A DNA stretch of 64,000 nucleotides from Ophelia neglecta (Eukaryota): NCBI GenBank assembly GCA_965285935.1, contig OZ260661.1, forward strand, positions 45,756,001 to 45,820,000. Direction: 5' to 3'. A model generated the notes under the pieces. That model had not been told where the DNA came from. It saw nothing but the letters and a program-made list of their open reading frames with translations, and did no database searches. The translations under genes and the position numbers were made by a program. Below are positions 1 through 14,400 of the stretch, piece after piece. The first letter of the stretch is position 1, and each line of letters opens with the position of its first letter.

Positions 1-3000
1 AACCACAAAAGAACCCAACAAAAGAAGTTTTCAACAGTAGGGAATGCCCTAGCTGTATGTTTCACCATATTATTTTATGAAAAAAAAGTACACCGGGTTC
101 TTAACTGGCTCTGAGGGAGGATGGACTAATAGCGAACTCAGGAATCTGATAAAATAGTAAAATGAGACCAAAAATACTGGGAGATAAAAACTTATTAAAT
201 AGCATTTTTGCTAAAGTGAACCATTTCGACTTTTATTTTGAATGGAACTGTGTGTCTACTAAATGAAATGATACTTGGGTTGGACGCCATCCAACTTTGT
301 CCAGAATGAACAGAAATTACTACTAAATACAAGAAAACAATTTTTACTGCAAAAATGTTAAACCTATGGCACCATGAAATTCCACACGAAGAGTACAAAA
401 GAAAGTTATCGAATTTATTGTGGTACTATATAAATTTAATGGGTTTTGCCGCACTGCCAACACAAAACACTGTTGTACCAGCCTTTAAACTGAAAAAAAC
501 CATATTATTGACAAAATTAAGGACCCTGTATTGGACCCCAAAATTCTTTCAATAGAATAGTAATGTAGCCAGGCTTCCTTCGACACTCACTTATGCAGGC
601 AAATGAACCTTATGCCCGAGGCGAACAATGATTTATGGTTATTATTAATTTTGCTACAAACTTAAATTTGCATTTAGGGAAATGGGAATTGGTACTTGTG
701 GGCATACAGCTGACGGTCCTGACGATTATGACAAAAATGGCTAGCACATGTATCGTTGAAAAGAGGGAATCACAGGTGGTTAGATACTATACTGCTTTCT
801 GGCAAAAGAAAGGTACCATCACATTAAAAATTAAAATAAGTTCAAATAGTTATATTTCTAACTTAGCTAATCATTTCCGATGTTCCTTATTCTGCCGACA
901 TTAATGAGTCCAAAGCAACCATCGGCTAAACATATTTTCCGCTCACTAGAAACACAATATCGGGTAAATGTATACAATCATTATGTGCAATCCCACATCA
1001 TACCTTGTAGGCATTTCCGTACTGATTCAAGGCAGAATTTCTCAATCATTTACAGATTTTAAAAACTTCATCTGGTGGCCCATACATAGTCTATACCAGC
1101 CCGACTCCAGATGTAGGTTGGCCATTTTGGATTTAGCCAATTTAAAAATGTACCCGCAGAGTGATAACTCTCTACCATCCTGAAACGTATAGTGGGAGGA
1201 ATGGAGAGTACATTATACCACGACACGCTACAATGACGACTCAAAATGTTGCTAGAACAATATTGTATTCTGGAATTTTCAAGGACAATACATAAACTAC
1301 TTATAAACTAAAAGATTATAATTTTATAACTTGAATGACTTCATTTGTATTTTCTGCATTCCATCTGAAGCGCAAGAACCGGAGACCGGAGTGAGTATTG
1401 CCACCGAGGGAATGACCTCAAATAGTTTATTCAATGATACATGTTGCATTTAATAATTCTGTAAAAATAAGCTTAGGCATTGATTGAAATCTGTCATTTT
1501 AGGAATAAACAACAATATATCAATATTAATATGATTTTCGAATGGTAATTCACAACATATGCAATTGAAGTAAACGGGAATGTTATTCAAGCTCCTTTTT
1601 GAGACTGGCTCCCAGACTTGTTACTGTATTTGACCCCATTGAATGTGTGATTCAAAATATAAAATTCTAATTTCCTGCCAGTTACTTCTTCCCATTTATT
1701 AAAAGAAACTATTTTATGCCTTTAAGAAGCAGGGCGTAGATTCCAGAAAAGGGGGAGTGAATACCCGGGAGACAAAACCAAGCTATTAGTCAAAAACTGT
1801 CCATTTAATCTGCATAGTACAGGAATGTTCATAAACCGGAGTTGGTATTAAAGATCATTGAACACAGCCAGCCAACAGTTCCTATCCATATACCCATATG
1901 ACTAGACTGATAGCTCCCTTTATAGCTTTTTGACTCTTGACATTTTAAACCAATCTTCAGATTTGAAAATATTAAACCCTTTTGTTTTACTTTCACCATA
2001 TTTTAATCTAAATGACATTTACCTTAAAATGCATTATTTGACCTTAACACTACGAGATTGTTCCGATTAATATAAGTATGCCAGACAGCCCGGAGCCATT
2101 TAAAATTAGGTATTATATATCAATTTCATACAGCACTCAGTTTTCACTTATTATAATAGCGGCAGGGCATTTTGCAACGTTGATGAGTTTTATAAAGGAC
2201 ACAGCCGTTTTCAATATTGCCTAAAGCCTCTCTTTGGGACAAGCTCTGCCAAGAAAAGAATAAACTCAGGGGAGCCTAATTAAAACATTCATCATTAGTC
2301 GCTACTAGGGTGATAGCGATAATGATCAACTATTGGCCTGCGAATTTTAATATCGGCTAATATGGCTCTTGCCAGCCGGGAATATATTGCTCTGAGTCCC
2401 ATGGGTGTGTGGAAGCCCCATCTATCAGAACCCTTCTTACCATAGCTGCTGCATCTCTACCTCTCAGTGTGTTATGCAATTTTGTACACGATGATCGATG
2501 TGTTCTCCTGTCTATGGAAAGAGATTAAAGCTAGCCTCTAGAAGCGGGGCCGCTCGGAGCAGATGTTTATAGAATTACATGACAAAAAGAGCAGTGTTTT
2601 CTTTGAGACGCACTCTTTGTTAGCATTCACTTCATTACGTATATGTAGCATCCGATCGCGGACTTTCAACAAAGCCACTAGCTTAAACGCTTTAACTCGT
2701 TTTCAGGACACAGAAAATTCATTTGCGTTTCCCCTTCGTTTTGGTCTATACTGAACAGAAATACACCATTGTTTCTGTCTTTTCCAGGACGTAAATCATT
2801 CACAGATTATTTCATTTTCTATCTAAATTAAACAACAAATGCGAGTACACTCTATACACATCTGTCAATAAAATGAAAGAAAGACGTAAGTTTGGTTTTT
2901 ACGCCAATATCCTTTTTAAAAGTTTAATTCCGGCTGTTACAGCTGTTTTGAAACACAGCCAGTTATGAATGCTTTATGAGCAAACAGCATTACTCTAGGT

Positions 3001-6000
3001 TATGATTGCTAAAAAGGAATCTATTTGTCTGTGGCCGTTTGCTTTGTACTCAGTAGCGTTTGGTTGAAGTAATTCTGTTTATTTCTTTTCAAGTCATTTC
3101 ATTTAATTTCTCTCACACTGGTTTTTGTCTACAAGGTTCATATAATTAACTATCTAGATGGAAAATAAGTAAAAATGGCTTTGATCTGTTAGCTGGGTTC
3201 ATAACTTTTTTCAAGTACTCAGTAAAGGCCCGATTTGGACTGTTGATGTGTTCATTATACCGTCATTAACGGAGTTCATATTTTTCTCCTATTCTCATTA
3301 TTCAGCAGAGTGAATGTATAACAGCAATTGCTGACTGCACGAAATTGATGGATTAACGACAAACTTCAGCGTAAACTTGCAATGAAAGATGTAATTTCCT
3401 GTCTAGCCATACATTCACAACTTTTGTAACTTCGTTTACTTTGTTATACGATACAGCGTTAAATTTCTTATGAGGTGAATAATAACACCATTGCTGCTAA
3501 AATGCACGTTAAACTCCCACCTCATCAATAATAATGGGATTATTTTGAATGATGGAGAAAGAAGTTGTCATAAAGTTATATTGCTCACAATAGTGCTTGC
3601 CACAAGGGGCAAAGAAATGCACAATCACGGGGATAAATGGTCCCAATAATTGAGGGTCTTGTCTTCAGTGTCTTATACCACCTTGTCACCCAGGATCGCC
3701 AGGGCGCCTCATATTTCCCTTCAGCGTCCATTTAGTTGCCAGTGCGATTGATAGATTGATCCCCAAAGTCAAGTGTTAGGCCGGGGCATGGTGATCACCT
3801 TGTTACCCACGTGATTCACCTTCAAAATGGCTTTGTTCTATGTTTCATGATCCTACAAATTGGCAGAATCACACGACTACTATTGCTATCAAGCAGGCCA
3901 GCCACAATTACGTCCAACCAAAGAAGACTTAATTCGATTTATGGGCCGAACTTTCATTTGTCGTATGGTCATTATTACTAGATGACATGCTGAGTCACCC
4001 AGAAATCACACCAGGGGTCAAAACCTAGACCTTGCCCAGTCTGGCTTGTTTTTTTTTGTTTTTGTTTTTTTCAACGCAATGACGTTTAATTAATGTGAAC
4101 ATTATTAAAGTTGATAGATGCAGTAATTTTTCTCATTATTTTTGCAATCGACTTTCTCCACCATGCAGATTTATAACAAGAAGATCACTTAAAGCAAGGG
4201 GATGTTTCGCCTAACGATAATAAGCTGTATGTTACGCTTAACACACAATTGGAAAGATACCATATTTGTATGCATTTTGGGACTATTTACAACACAATAT
4301 GCACAGTTTGTCAATACATTCGGACAGTAGAATATTAATGTTTTAAATTCTGTGCGAATTGGACTATTTTTTCTGTTTGTGATAGACTTGAGCTTTTTGC
4401 TGCCGCTAAGGACGTTTAAAATGTTGTTGCCCTGCTGCTGTTACTTTCTATGAGTGTTGTAACGTCTGTGGTCTAGGAGAGCTTTTACACCCTCTCTATG
4501 ATTGTTACTTCAGGAGTCTGGGTTTCTGAGAACCCAGGTGCTGGAAGATCTTTAACTCTCGACATGTATAATCCCGGACAGACAAAGTACCTAATACTCT
4601 ATGAACTTCAAATGACGTTTCAGCAAAGGACAAGATCGAGGACACTTTATTACAAATGTATAAGCTACTTCTATTTCAATGCGCGTTAGTATTGGCATTG
4701 CGCACAAGGGGCAGCTAGTGTTATTGCATCAGATTGTATGGAGTTTCTTCATTTACTTTCACCATTTATAAGCGCAAAGTGTTTATAAGCAGACAACAAG
4801 GAATGGGTACAATACCTAAACTGCATGCAACCTATGGCTGTCTCTGACAAATTACTGGTTCCATTTTGTGAAGCCACAATGAAGTCAGTCCGATGTAAAA
4901 GTAGCTCTGTAGAAACATAACTTTCATATTCGACCTCAATTTACCGAAAAGTATATGCTTTATTGCTATTACATTTATATTTTTGCTAAGTACCCTATAG
5001 GCCTATGGCCTTTTCATCCCTGGAAGTGCTTGCAGTCGGCGCCCTTCTCCACATTGTAGATTGTAGGCCTATATCGGCGGTTTTTTCAGACCAGGAATTT
5101 ACATATATGGGGTATAATTAAGAACACTTCCTGAATGATTAGCTGTTTTATCCAGATCAGTTTGCATGAATGGTAGAAAATTGTATCACCAAAGCTTAGT
5201 GCTAATAAAATGAGACAAGTAAATACAAAATGGAACCGTATTCATGCAGAAACATACATAATTTTTCTAAATTATGCAGTTTTACTTACATTAAGTTTCC
5301 TATGATCTAGAATGGGTACATTTTTGCCTTATATCTGTATGAGGCAAACATTTTATCTTCTATCGCTTCTTGTCAGAGGTTGATAATCAAGAAGATATAC
5401 TCGATGAGATCACTGTTGTGCAGCGGTCATTGCAGCTAACGACATTATTGTACAGCCTGAGCAATGTCAACGCAGCAAACGTCATTATTGTGCGGCTGGA
5501 TCCTCGTGACAGGAATCTGTCAACAGCTTAGACATCAGCTTAAGACAACAACTTAGTCCTTAGACACCATGCTCCACGGTGAGGACATAACCTGACTTCA
5601 TGCGTTTTCCAAGTCCATCCTGGCGTCATCGGCAGGATACTACTAATAACGGCTTCTTTTAGAAGAAGCTAACAGCGCACAGTGGAACAGGTTGAGTAGT
5701 CTCCCATGCTTCCAGGATATAAGGGCAACAATTTAGGATAGCTTGTACTTCGTTGGCATTTTACGCCTAGGCAGATATAGTACAGAACATAATAAGTAGA
5801 ACTTTATTGGGAACAATTTTTAATTAGTCGTTAACACTAAAGGGCTTTCTCAAGAGTCATGGATCCAAATTTGGCATTTGAGTAAAAGGTTTAAACAAAA
5901 CTACATGAGTCGAATTGTGTTCATAAATGACATTAGGCAATAAGATGAGGATATAATCAATGACTCGAAGGGGAAAAAAGGTCACTAGGCAATTTTTTTC

Positions 6001-9000
6001 AAAACCTAGTACCAAATGTTGTGAAAATGAGATAAATGAATGACGAATCCGCTAATCGATGGTACATTTGGCATTCTAAAACTATTAGAAAAAAAATAGC
6101 CTGGTGACAGTTGTATTTTTTCCAGTTATTTTATCGTTGGCTGATCTAAAACGTTTCATATACATGTATGGAGGGGCAAAAATGCCTCTTCAAAAATGTA
6201 TTCCCATTGATATAAATGTCTTCATCAACTCGGTATCAGCTGTTCTAAATAGTTGTCCCTATATAATTAAAACTCGGGAGACTACTCACTTAAATATTCT
6301 ATGTGTTTCAAACAAGCATCCAAGTATAATGCAGCATTGCATCAAAATGATATTTAGAACTTTTTTCACATACAACGGGCCCTAAACCTTTGTTATCGTC
6401 CATTTTTAAACAAACAACATTTAATTTCGGTCTATCATAAACATTCATCCACTTAAAATGATAAAAGTCTAAGGCACCACAACTATTTTTTTGTTTGGTA
6501 ATTGTGACTAAATCGTTTAAATATGTATATTTTCTATCCGAACAACTTCAGTCTCGCATATTCTTTCCTTATTCCACATTGAGATACATACATGCCACAT
6601 ATATTCTCATCATAAATAGCACGCGATATTATACTGTAAGGCCTATCGAACACGATATTTGGAACATCGATCTGAACATAACGTTTAAATTTGCACAAAC
6701 GGCCCATTTTCATTTAGTAGCAAAGCGAATGCACTCCGTTTTGCCAAAGCGCAAAAACCATTTCTTCCCTATTATTTAAGGCAGGAACTTAATTACGCAA
6801 ATCTAAATCTAAACTGTCTTCATATATCAACAACATCTTTACCGGCAGGAATCGAAGCGGAGTGATTTACATACAACCAGTGATCGTAGTTAGAGTGCCT
6901 TTCATAGCATTTACCTATAAAGAGAACTTCACATAGCGATCTCGGATATGAGATTTCCCATCGAAGTAGAAACAGCGTGATTTATACTACTAAAACCTCC
7001 TCCCCCAAATTAAAGAGAGGAGTGGATAAACGACTTTTTCGTCAAACGAAAACCACAGTTTCATGTGTCACACATTTGTCATTTTGTATTAATTGTGTCG
7101 ATCAGTTTATGGAATGTAGCTCCAGAACCGGACGGATGTATCGATTTTTTCCACGGTCAATCTGCGGTGAGTTCTGGACACTAAGATTGTCATTGTCCTC
7201 AACACATTTCGAAGTCTGTTTTGATCCCTAGAGAATCATCTATCAAGTCGGTGACAAGCTCCAGTCACAGTTAAGACTGAATATCGCTTGGGGAGTCTGG
7301 CAAATTATCATGACTTGTATATTTTCGTCTGTCGATGATCGATGGGTTCAGTGAGATTATGATGAATTTGTGAATTATCTGAAAATGTTATACCCATGAA
7401 TCCAAGCATAATTTTGGTGTATTTTCGATTCATTGGAATAAGTCAATCAGGAGCTAGTTGCACAGCACTGGCACAATGGGAGTATCTTCATGGTACTCCA
7501 CTGTGATGGCAGTTTGAGGTATATTTGTCTTTGTTTCATTACTAATCTTTTGTAGTTTACCGTTATGAACGTTGACAGAATCAAACAAAATATAATCAGT
7601 GACAGATACCATCATTTTCCCAAGAAAGCTTCAAATATCAAAAAGACGTAGTACCAAGGTACTACTTCTTCTTTTGAGTATATGGTCAACACTGAATATG
7701 GAAAATTGAGGCATTCATGACAGAGGACAGTCATTTTAGTACAAGTAGTATCAATTATAACCATTGCCACAGTTTCTTTACTGTTTCCAAGTTGTGATGA
7801 AATAACCCAAGGTTGATTAGTAGTCATACATGAAATGTTAACGATATCTATTTCATAACTACTACAACCATAATTTGTTCGGGTTTAGATAAATGCATGA
7901 CGTACTTAACACTAATTGAAGGGGCGCAGTGAGATTTCGTGTAAAAGCTCGTCCCATTTATAGATTGTCTCAGGAGACTCTATCAATGGGAAATGTATTA
8001 GTGTGTTATATCTTATGCATATCATCCATGAGAACAAACTAACCGTTAATGCCTAATGTCAGCATAATGTCAAATAATCAGGATAGGTCACGTGCCTTTT
8101 CTTCAGCAGGTCTAGCTTTATGACCTAACCCCCTATTTTACACCTTGCGTAATTGCTATATCACTCACTCGGGGCTATTACTCACACAAGACTCCTCTTT
8201 TTCAGTCAACTACTTTTAAACCAAACAAGAGAAAGTTATTTGTTGTTGGGCTACTGAATGGCCAAACTAAAGACACATTGCTGGAGAAATTAAAAATGTG
8301 CGGAGTATCGCTGACTTGTTAAGACATAGATGGAAATTTTCCAGATGATGATTGTTCATGAACATTTCTGCCCTGCCCGGAAGAGACTCCTTGGTATAGC
8401 CAGACAAAAGCGGCGAAATCGGCATTACAAATGAATCTGGACAAATAATGGTTTATAAACATGCGAAAACAGATGGTACTAAAGTAATGAAGATCAGTAA
8501 CGAAGATGAAATGGTTCTATAAAATGTAATAGCTCCCCTAAATGAATATTGAGCTACATTTAAATGATGACTCTCGGTACTCCGCACGAACTGAATTCTG
8601 CTATATCAATACTGATCAGCTTTTTCACAAAGGTTTCCTTATTGTCAATTTGAATGTTTTCAGAAAGAAGGATAACATTGAGTGTTTTGTGCAGGAAGTT
8701 GAATCAACATGTAGGCTGGTTTATATACTTACTGCAGAAGAAACGTTGAGTAGATTTGTTATCTTTCTTCCTCCATGTAATGGCGAGCATGATACAAATA
8801 TGAAAACGAAGACAACGAAAAAGCAAACACATACAAAAAATCACAGTTAAGTTACATTGGTATAAATTGTAAAACATATCTTATTTAATTTCTAATTAGC
8901 TGGGGTTTATAAGGGGCCCAACATAAACGGACAAAGACTCTGTCTAATATTTCTTTATTTACTATGTCCATGACTAACACAACATTTGTTGAGTCGGTGC

Positions 9001-9081
9001 AGTTTATATTTGACCGCTCTGTAAATACAATGATATTTAACTTGTCTATTAACAGGCCCCAGAACGATTATCCGCTCAGGG

Positions 9082-9397
9082 TTGTTGTTGTTGTTTGGGT
9101 TTTACGTGGCTTTCAACACTTATCGGTTATATCGCCACAGTGCCTACTTGTGACAGTGGGCTCAATGCCCTCTTTAGAGTGCTGCCTCACTGGAGTACCT
9201 GCCGCAGACACCCGACAGGGAAGCCACCCAGTCACATTATATTGACACCGGGTTGACCAGTCCTGATACTACCCCCGAAATACCGGGCGCCTGGCAGGGA
9301 AGCTATCAGTACCTATTTTTACGTCTTAGATTTGACGCGATCGAGCTTCGAACCCCGATCACCCACTTGCGAGGCGGACACCCTGACCACTCGGCCA
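9082..9397 (-). mobile_element. tRNA-derived SINE, near full length, with target-site duplication
   Basis: Minus strand: A box TGGCCGAGTGG (9387-9397), B box GGTTCGAAGCT (9344-9354), central body, 3' tail ...GTAAAACCCAAACAACAACAAC. Direct repeat CGCTCAGGG on both flanks (9073-9081, 9398-9406). Second copy at ~15.1 kb. Confidence 0.88.
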
Positions 9398-10433
9398 CGC
9401 TCAGGGAAACAAGACAGTGTGATACATTTCGAGGAAATCTGAGGGTCATCAACGGCATATAAAATGTCACAAAACACCTTGGAGTTAACGCTGTTCAACG
9501 AAACTATCGTACTTTGTTTGATATGACATGAATTGGAGACATTGCGGCTGAAGGGATAAGGTGAAATAATTAAAATTGGTTACCTAGCAACCACCACAGG
9601 CGAGGACAGATTTTTCATTATTACGCTATGTTTGCTGCGTTTTCTCTTTTTTTTTTTTTTTTGATTGATCTTTCTCTTAATCGCACTGTTCAACATGGTA
9701 TCGGCCTATAAACAAATCTATTCGCAATTTCGGCTATTTCGGATAATTAGATTATTGTGGCGCAAGGGAAATTGATCATATGATATTCCCTAAATCGTGA
9801 ACTTTTATTTAATGATACGATAATTCATCATAAGGCGGATTGATACGATCATTCAAGACTTGTTTTCTTTTCTAAACACTAAATGACCTAGTTTTCTTCC
9901 TGTTGGCAAGCTTGGTCGATGGTACCACTTGCATACATGTGCTTTACATAGCTGTCCTCTTTCAGACTTTAACCTTACCCGGAAAAAACCGTGGCACACT
10001 GAAGTGCAAGCCTCACCCAGGCCGACATGCCTCAACAATACATTAAAATGGGCCAACCGGGGGTACAAAAAACTATCAATACCCACTTTCAAAGTTGTAA
10101 ATGAGATTTTAGCTATTCTGATTGGAAAAAATGAGATATCAATTGCAATTAGAAGTAGTTAACAATTTCCAAGCTCAAAACAAACTGGCCTGCTGTGGTC
10201 AACGTATGAAGTTGATCGAATGCGCCAATAGAGAGTTTACCATAGACACGGTTCTGTAACAAATGAGAGATCGCAAATGATTTTTTTTTCGATATCTAAA
10301 CGCACAATTCAGAATATAAAATTAAACGGTTGGAAAATTGGTTGTTGACCCTCCTCGGCGGGTCAATAACTGTTACGAGACAATTTAGTGATAGCAACAT
10401 GAATTATTTTATCAAAAGTTGTCATGCCTCGTG

Positions 10434-10500
10434 CTGAGTCCTCTCATTCCCCATGCTCAATTCCCTTGCTCATTCCCAATAATCATTTTTTATGCTCATT
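10434..10500. repeat. Short ATTCCC-rich dispersed repeat fragment (related pieces in opposite orientation at ~59740-59830 and ~29700-29725)
   Basis: tcaattcccttgctcatt (~10457) vs reverse complement of aatgagacaagggaattga (59741). Confidence 0.4.
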
Positions 10501-11151
10501 ACTCATAAGTTTCCATCCCGGTTTCAATACCTCATTGACATTTATGTTCAAGTTAGATAAAAGAGGATTCTCGTTGTTACTAAATAGCTCAAAACCTCAA
10601 ATCGATCAAAATATTCCTATGCAATCTAACAGTAAATTGCATAATAATAATGCTCAGCGATTAAAATATTTGACAACTGTTGGCATAAGTGGTAATATAA
10701 TTACACGGGACTGATATTTATACAAAGAGTCCATAGCAAGAATTACCCTATAGAACAAAACATTAACCGATTAAAATGTTAGTACAATCAATTCTATTTC
10801 ACCTTCAATTTCAATTTGTTCATTGACACATAATGATTATAATCAAATAGTATTAAATCAAATCAAGAAGCAATGTTATAAATTATCGATAAACACCTGA
10901 ATTTCTGATCTAAAACAATACAAAACCCTCTAAAATATACAAATGTAAGGTGTCAGACGACTGAAATCTGATCATAGTATATCACGTGTTGTAACAAAAA
11001 AGCTATGCAATATCTATTACCCGAAATGAACATGGCATAAATATAATTCTACGATAAAACGACCGATGGAGTATCGAACAGGAAAAGTTATCCATGAGAA
11101 GTTTCTTAAAATATATTACAGAACAATTACAATCAACAAGATACAAAATTC

Positions 11152-11479
11152 CGGATCAGTATGCCGCTAAACTTAACTGTTTCAGAAACAAAAGCCTTTT
11201 TACCTCGACGAACATACAACTTATCCCTCTGAAGGGTGTGATAGATATGAACATCAGAATTGCGTAAAGACGTCAATGATAAGAAGGAAAAACCCTTGTC
11301 AAACCTGAACATAAACGGATCAGTACGCCGCTAAACTTAACTGTTTCAGAAACAAAAGCCTTTTTACCTCGACGAACATACAACTTATCCCTCTGAAGGG
11401 TGTGATAGATATGAACATCAGAATTGCGTAAAGACGTCAATGATAAGAAGGAAAAACCCTTGTCAAACCTGAACATAAA
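11152..11479 (+). repeat. Near-perfect 164-bp tandem duplication (2 copies)
   Basis: 11152-11315 and 11316-11479; the only difference I found is tatgccg vs tacgccg. Confidence 0.95.
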
Positions 11480-14400
11480 CATAGTGATACAATATAAATA
11501 AATCTTGGCTATAGGAAGCAATCGATAAACGAATTAATAACAATTGAATGAATTGATGTGAAACTTACTTGACCATACTTATTGTTTGGAATATCTACCA
11601 AATTTATTTATTTTAGATCTACCCTTTGACCGAATTGAGATAAAAAGATATATCTATCAGTTAGGTATTTTAGTTTCAGATAAAAGGGCTAGTTCTGAAA
11701 GGTCGTTCTGAGGATGGCGAAAATCTCCAAGTTATATAATGTATTCTTTTGATGCTGTGATATTTCGCCTTTGAAGAAGTGATAGGTGGTTCCATGCTTA
11801 AACGTTGGCTGGTCCAACTACCACAACTCTTCGGAGACCAATAAAACAAACGAGCCCCCGATCGCCAGCCAACTATCAATTTCTTCCTAAACCGACTGTG
11901 AACGAAAAAAACGAACTATCAAAGACAGCTGGTCTTCGTTAATATCCTAGGGAACTCGTGATTAATGACAATTAATTTGGAAATAGATTCAACAAAAAGA
12001 AGAATGGTCAATCATTCCATCAATAACTTAGCACCAGCGTAACACATTTATAATCCTTTTAGTAATAACTATATAAATAACGCATACGAAAAACCGCAAC
12101 CGTGAAGGAAAAAGATAAAGAAGAGTGAATAATGCAGCAGATATTTCTAGTCTCTTCGATCGGGAGTCATCGATGTATGACAATTAAAACATTTATACTC
12201 ATTTGTTTTGTAAACCAATTTTCCTATCAAACTGATAAGGTAAAATGCTATCCACAGAAAGCTCTACGTCATGGCACCTCTATATTTCGAGAATCGATAT
12301 TCTTTCTAGAGGCATGGCCATTTGTATTTGGCGCATGCCCACCATTACCGTCCTGTGGTATAACCCGGATATCCGTGTCAACTGGAAATAATTCATTTAT
12401 CAGTCTCATTAGGTCTAAAGCTAAATCAGATATATTAAGGATTGCAACGCATCACGATAAGGTATTATATTCGTTTCCATTAAATATACTTTTTGGATTT
12501 ATGTCTGGAAGGACATAATGTCTGTTTCTTCATCCCTGTAGCTGGTTCCCGCTCTGGGATTTATGCCAGAACTGTCTTTGTGTCGCACAATTATTAACTT
12601 TTTTTTTCAAGAATAATCAAGCAAATGTGATGACTGCACCTTGACATGCTTCATAAACAAGCTGAATAAGGAAAATAGTTGATTTCAAAGGATGGACATA
12701 AATTTGCATTGTGCTGTCAATAGTGGGATAATTTAGCAGACGACACTCCCAAGCCAAGTAAACAAGCTTCATTGACTTCATTATGTCTGATTTGTATGCG
12801 TCGAGAAATATGATGTACCATTCCGATGCATTATAGCCTGCTGTGCCATACTCGCGGAATCGAGCTAATCAACCACTGCTTCCTTGGACATATTCCACTC
12901 GTGGGATGTAATTGACACAGACTGTATCATTAATGTCCTTTGTGTTCTTACAGAAAAGTAGTAATCTTAGCGAAATTTTATTTCTTAGTATAATATTAAA
13001 CAAAAACATTGTCTAAGACACGCAACCAACCCCCGATCGGTAAAACCATATTGACTTCATTTAATGTTTTGTATTACTGTAACTTAAACAATTATATGAA
13101 GATTTCTTTAAATATCTTATAAGCAAACTCCAAACCCTTCTCTAATTGATGGCCTTGCCTACAGAACACCCGTTTGATGTTTCCTAAAATATAAATTCCT
13201 TCTCTTATAAAGCTCATCAATACAATTTTTGGCTGTAAGAGCCACCTGCGAAAAGCCACATGTGATTTCCAATGTTGTCGCCATCACTCCCATATACATG
13301 TCGACGACATAATTATAGCAAACAGCTGTGAGCTTTACCCCCTTAGTCCACTTCCTTACTACTCCGACATAACACGGAATTAAATCTGGTTTAGGTAATT
13401 TCGTCTATGGTTGAATACAAGGGAGTCGCTACCCTGCAGACAAAACCAAATCAAGTATCGGATAATAAGCTTACAACGAAATTATATCAATAGCAATAAG
13501 GAGGACGATTATAAATCAGAAAGTTGAAAATCAGGATGTTAATTGTTTTTGAAGTCTTAATGGAGTTGAAATATGAAGCATTGTTTATTGAATGGGTAGG
13601 AATTATATTACACTTATTGATACGGCAGCGTGTAATAATGATATTATATTCGCCTATAGTAGATAATTTTTCCGTTGTGGCGGAGCTTTCTTCACTAGCA
13701 TAGCATGGTACATGGGTTTCTTCTTGGACTTTTAAGTCAGAGAATCACGATACAACACGCAGATTCAGCCTTTGCCTTTAATCTTATAAATAGGATCCCT
13801 AAATGTTTCATTAAGATAAAAGCACGAAACAACAAAGTATCCAATTTTTCGCATCAAAATTGCACTTGTACACGACAGATCGCCGCTATGGTAACTTAGA
13901 TAATTTACTATTGAGTCAGTGTTTCTGCATTTTTTATGCTCTGTGTTTTTTTATACTTCGTTGCATACATATGCAACATATTCCCGAAGTGTGTGCCTAA
14001 TCCTAAAACCATAACCAGGGACTGATAAATCATTTCCTGATCTTGGCATATGAAAAAACTAAACCCCAATGAAGATAGTTTCCCCTACAAAACATCAAAG
14101 GTTGGAGTAAATCTGGTTGTTTGATGTGTATATAGGCTGACGTCAACTTTGGAACAAACGAGAGAGGCGGGGTATTGCACAATAAACTATTTAAAATAAC
14201 ATTTTCTGATTGTGTATATTCATCATTCCCGTCAATTAATTACTTTTCTTTTGTCTTTTTTATATTCACGTCAATTTGATTTTCATAACGATCCAATAAT
14301 ATGTATTGAGCAACCAATTTATTGTGACAAAGAATTTTTTCCTATCTTTATATGGTGTTGTTCTATGTTCAACTCTTTCTCAATCGTTTAACCCTACCTG

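Noticed and set aside
195-560. Protein-like frame at the window start (MLNLWHHEIPHEEYKRKLSNLLWYY)
   Set aside because: Short, interrupted upstream, no recognisable motif or splice support.
5375-5700. Exon-like stretch with a repeated gcagc.aacg.cattattgt motif
   Set aside because: Stops interrupt the frames I translated and no family is recognisable; not supportable as coding.
9340-9397. tRNA gene
   Set aside because: A/B boxes are the head of a SINE; no acceptor stem, and the sequence continues into SINE body and tail.
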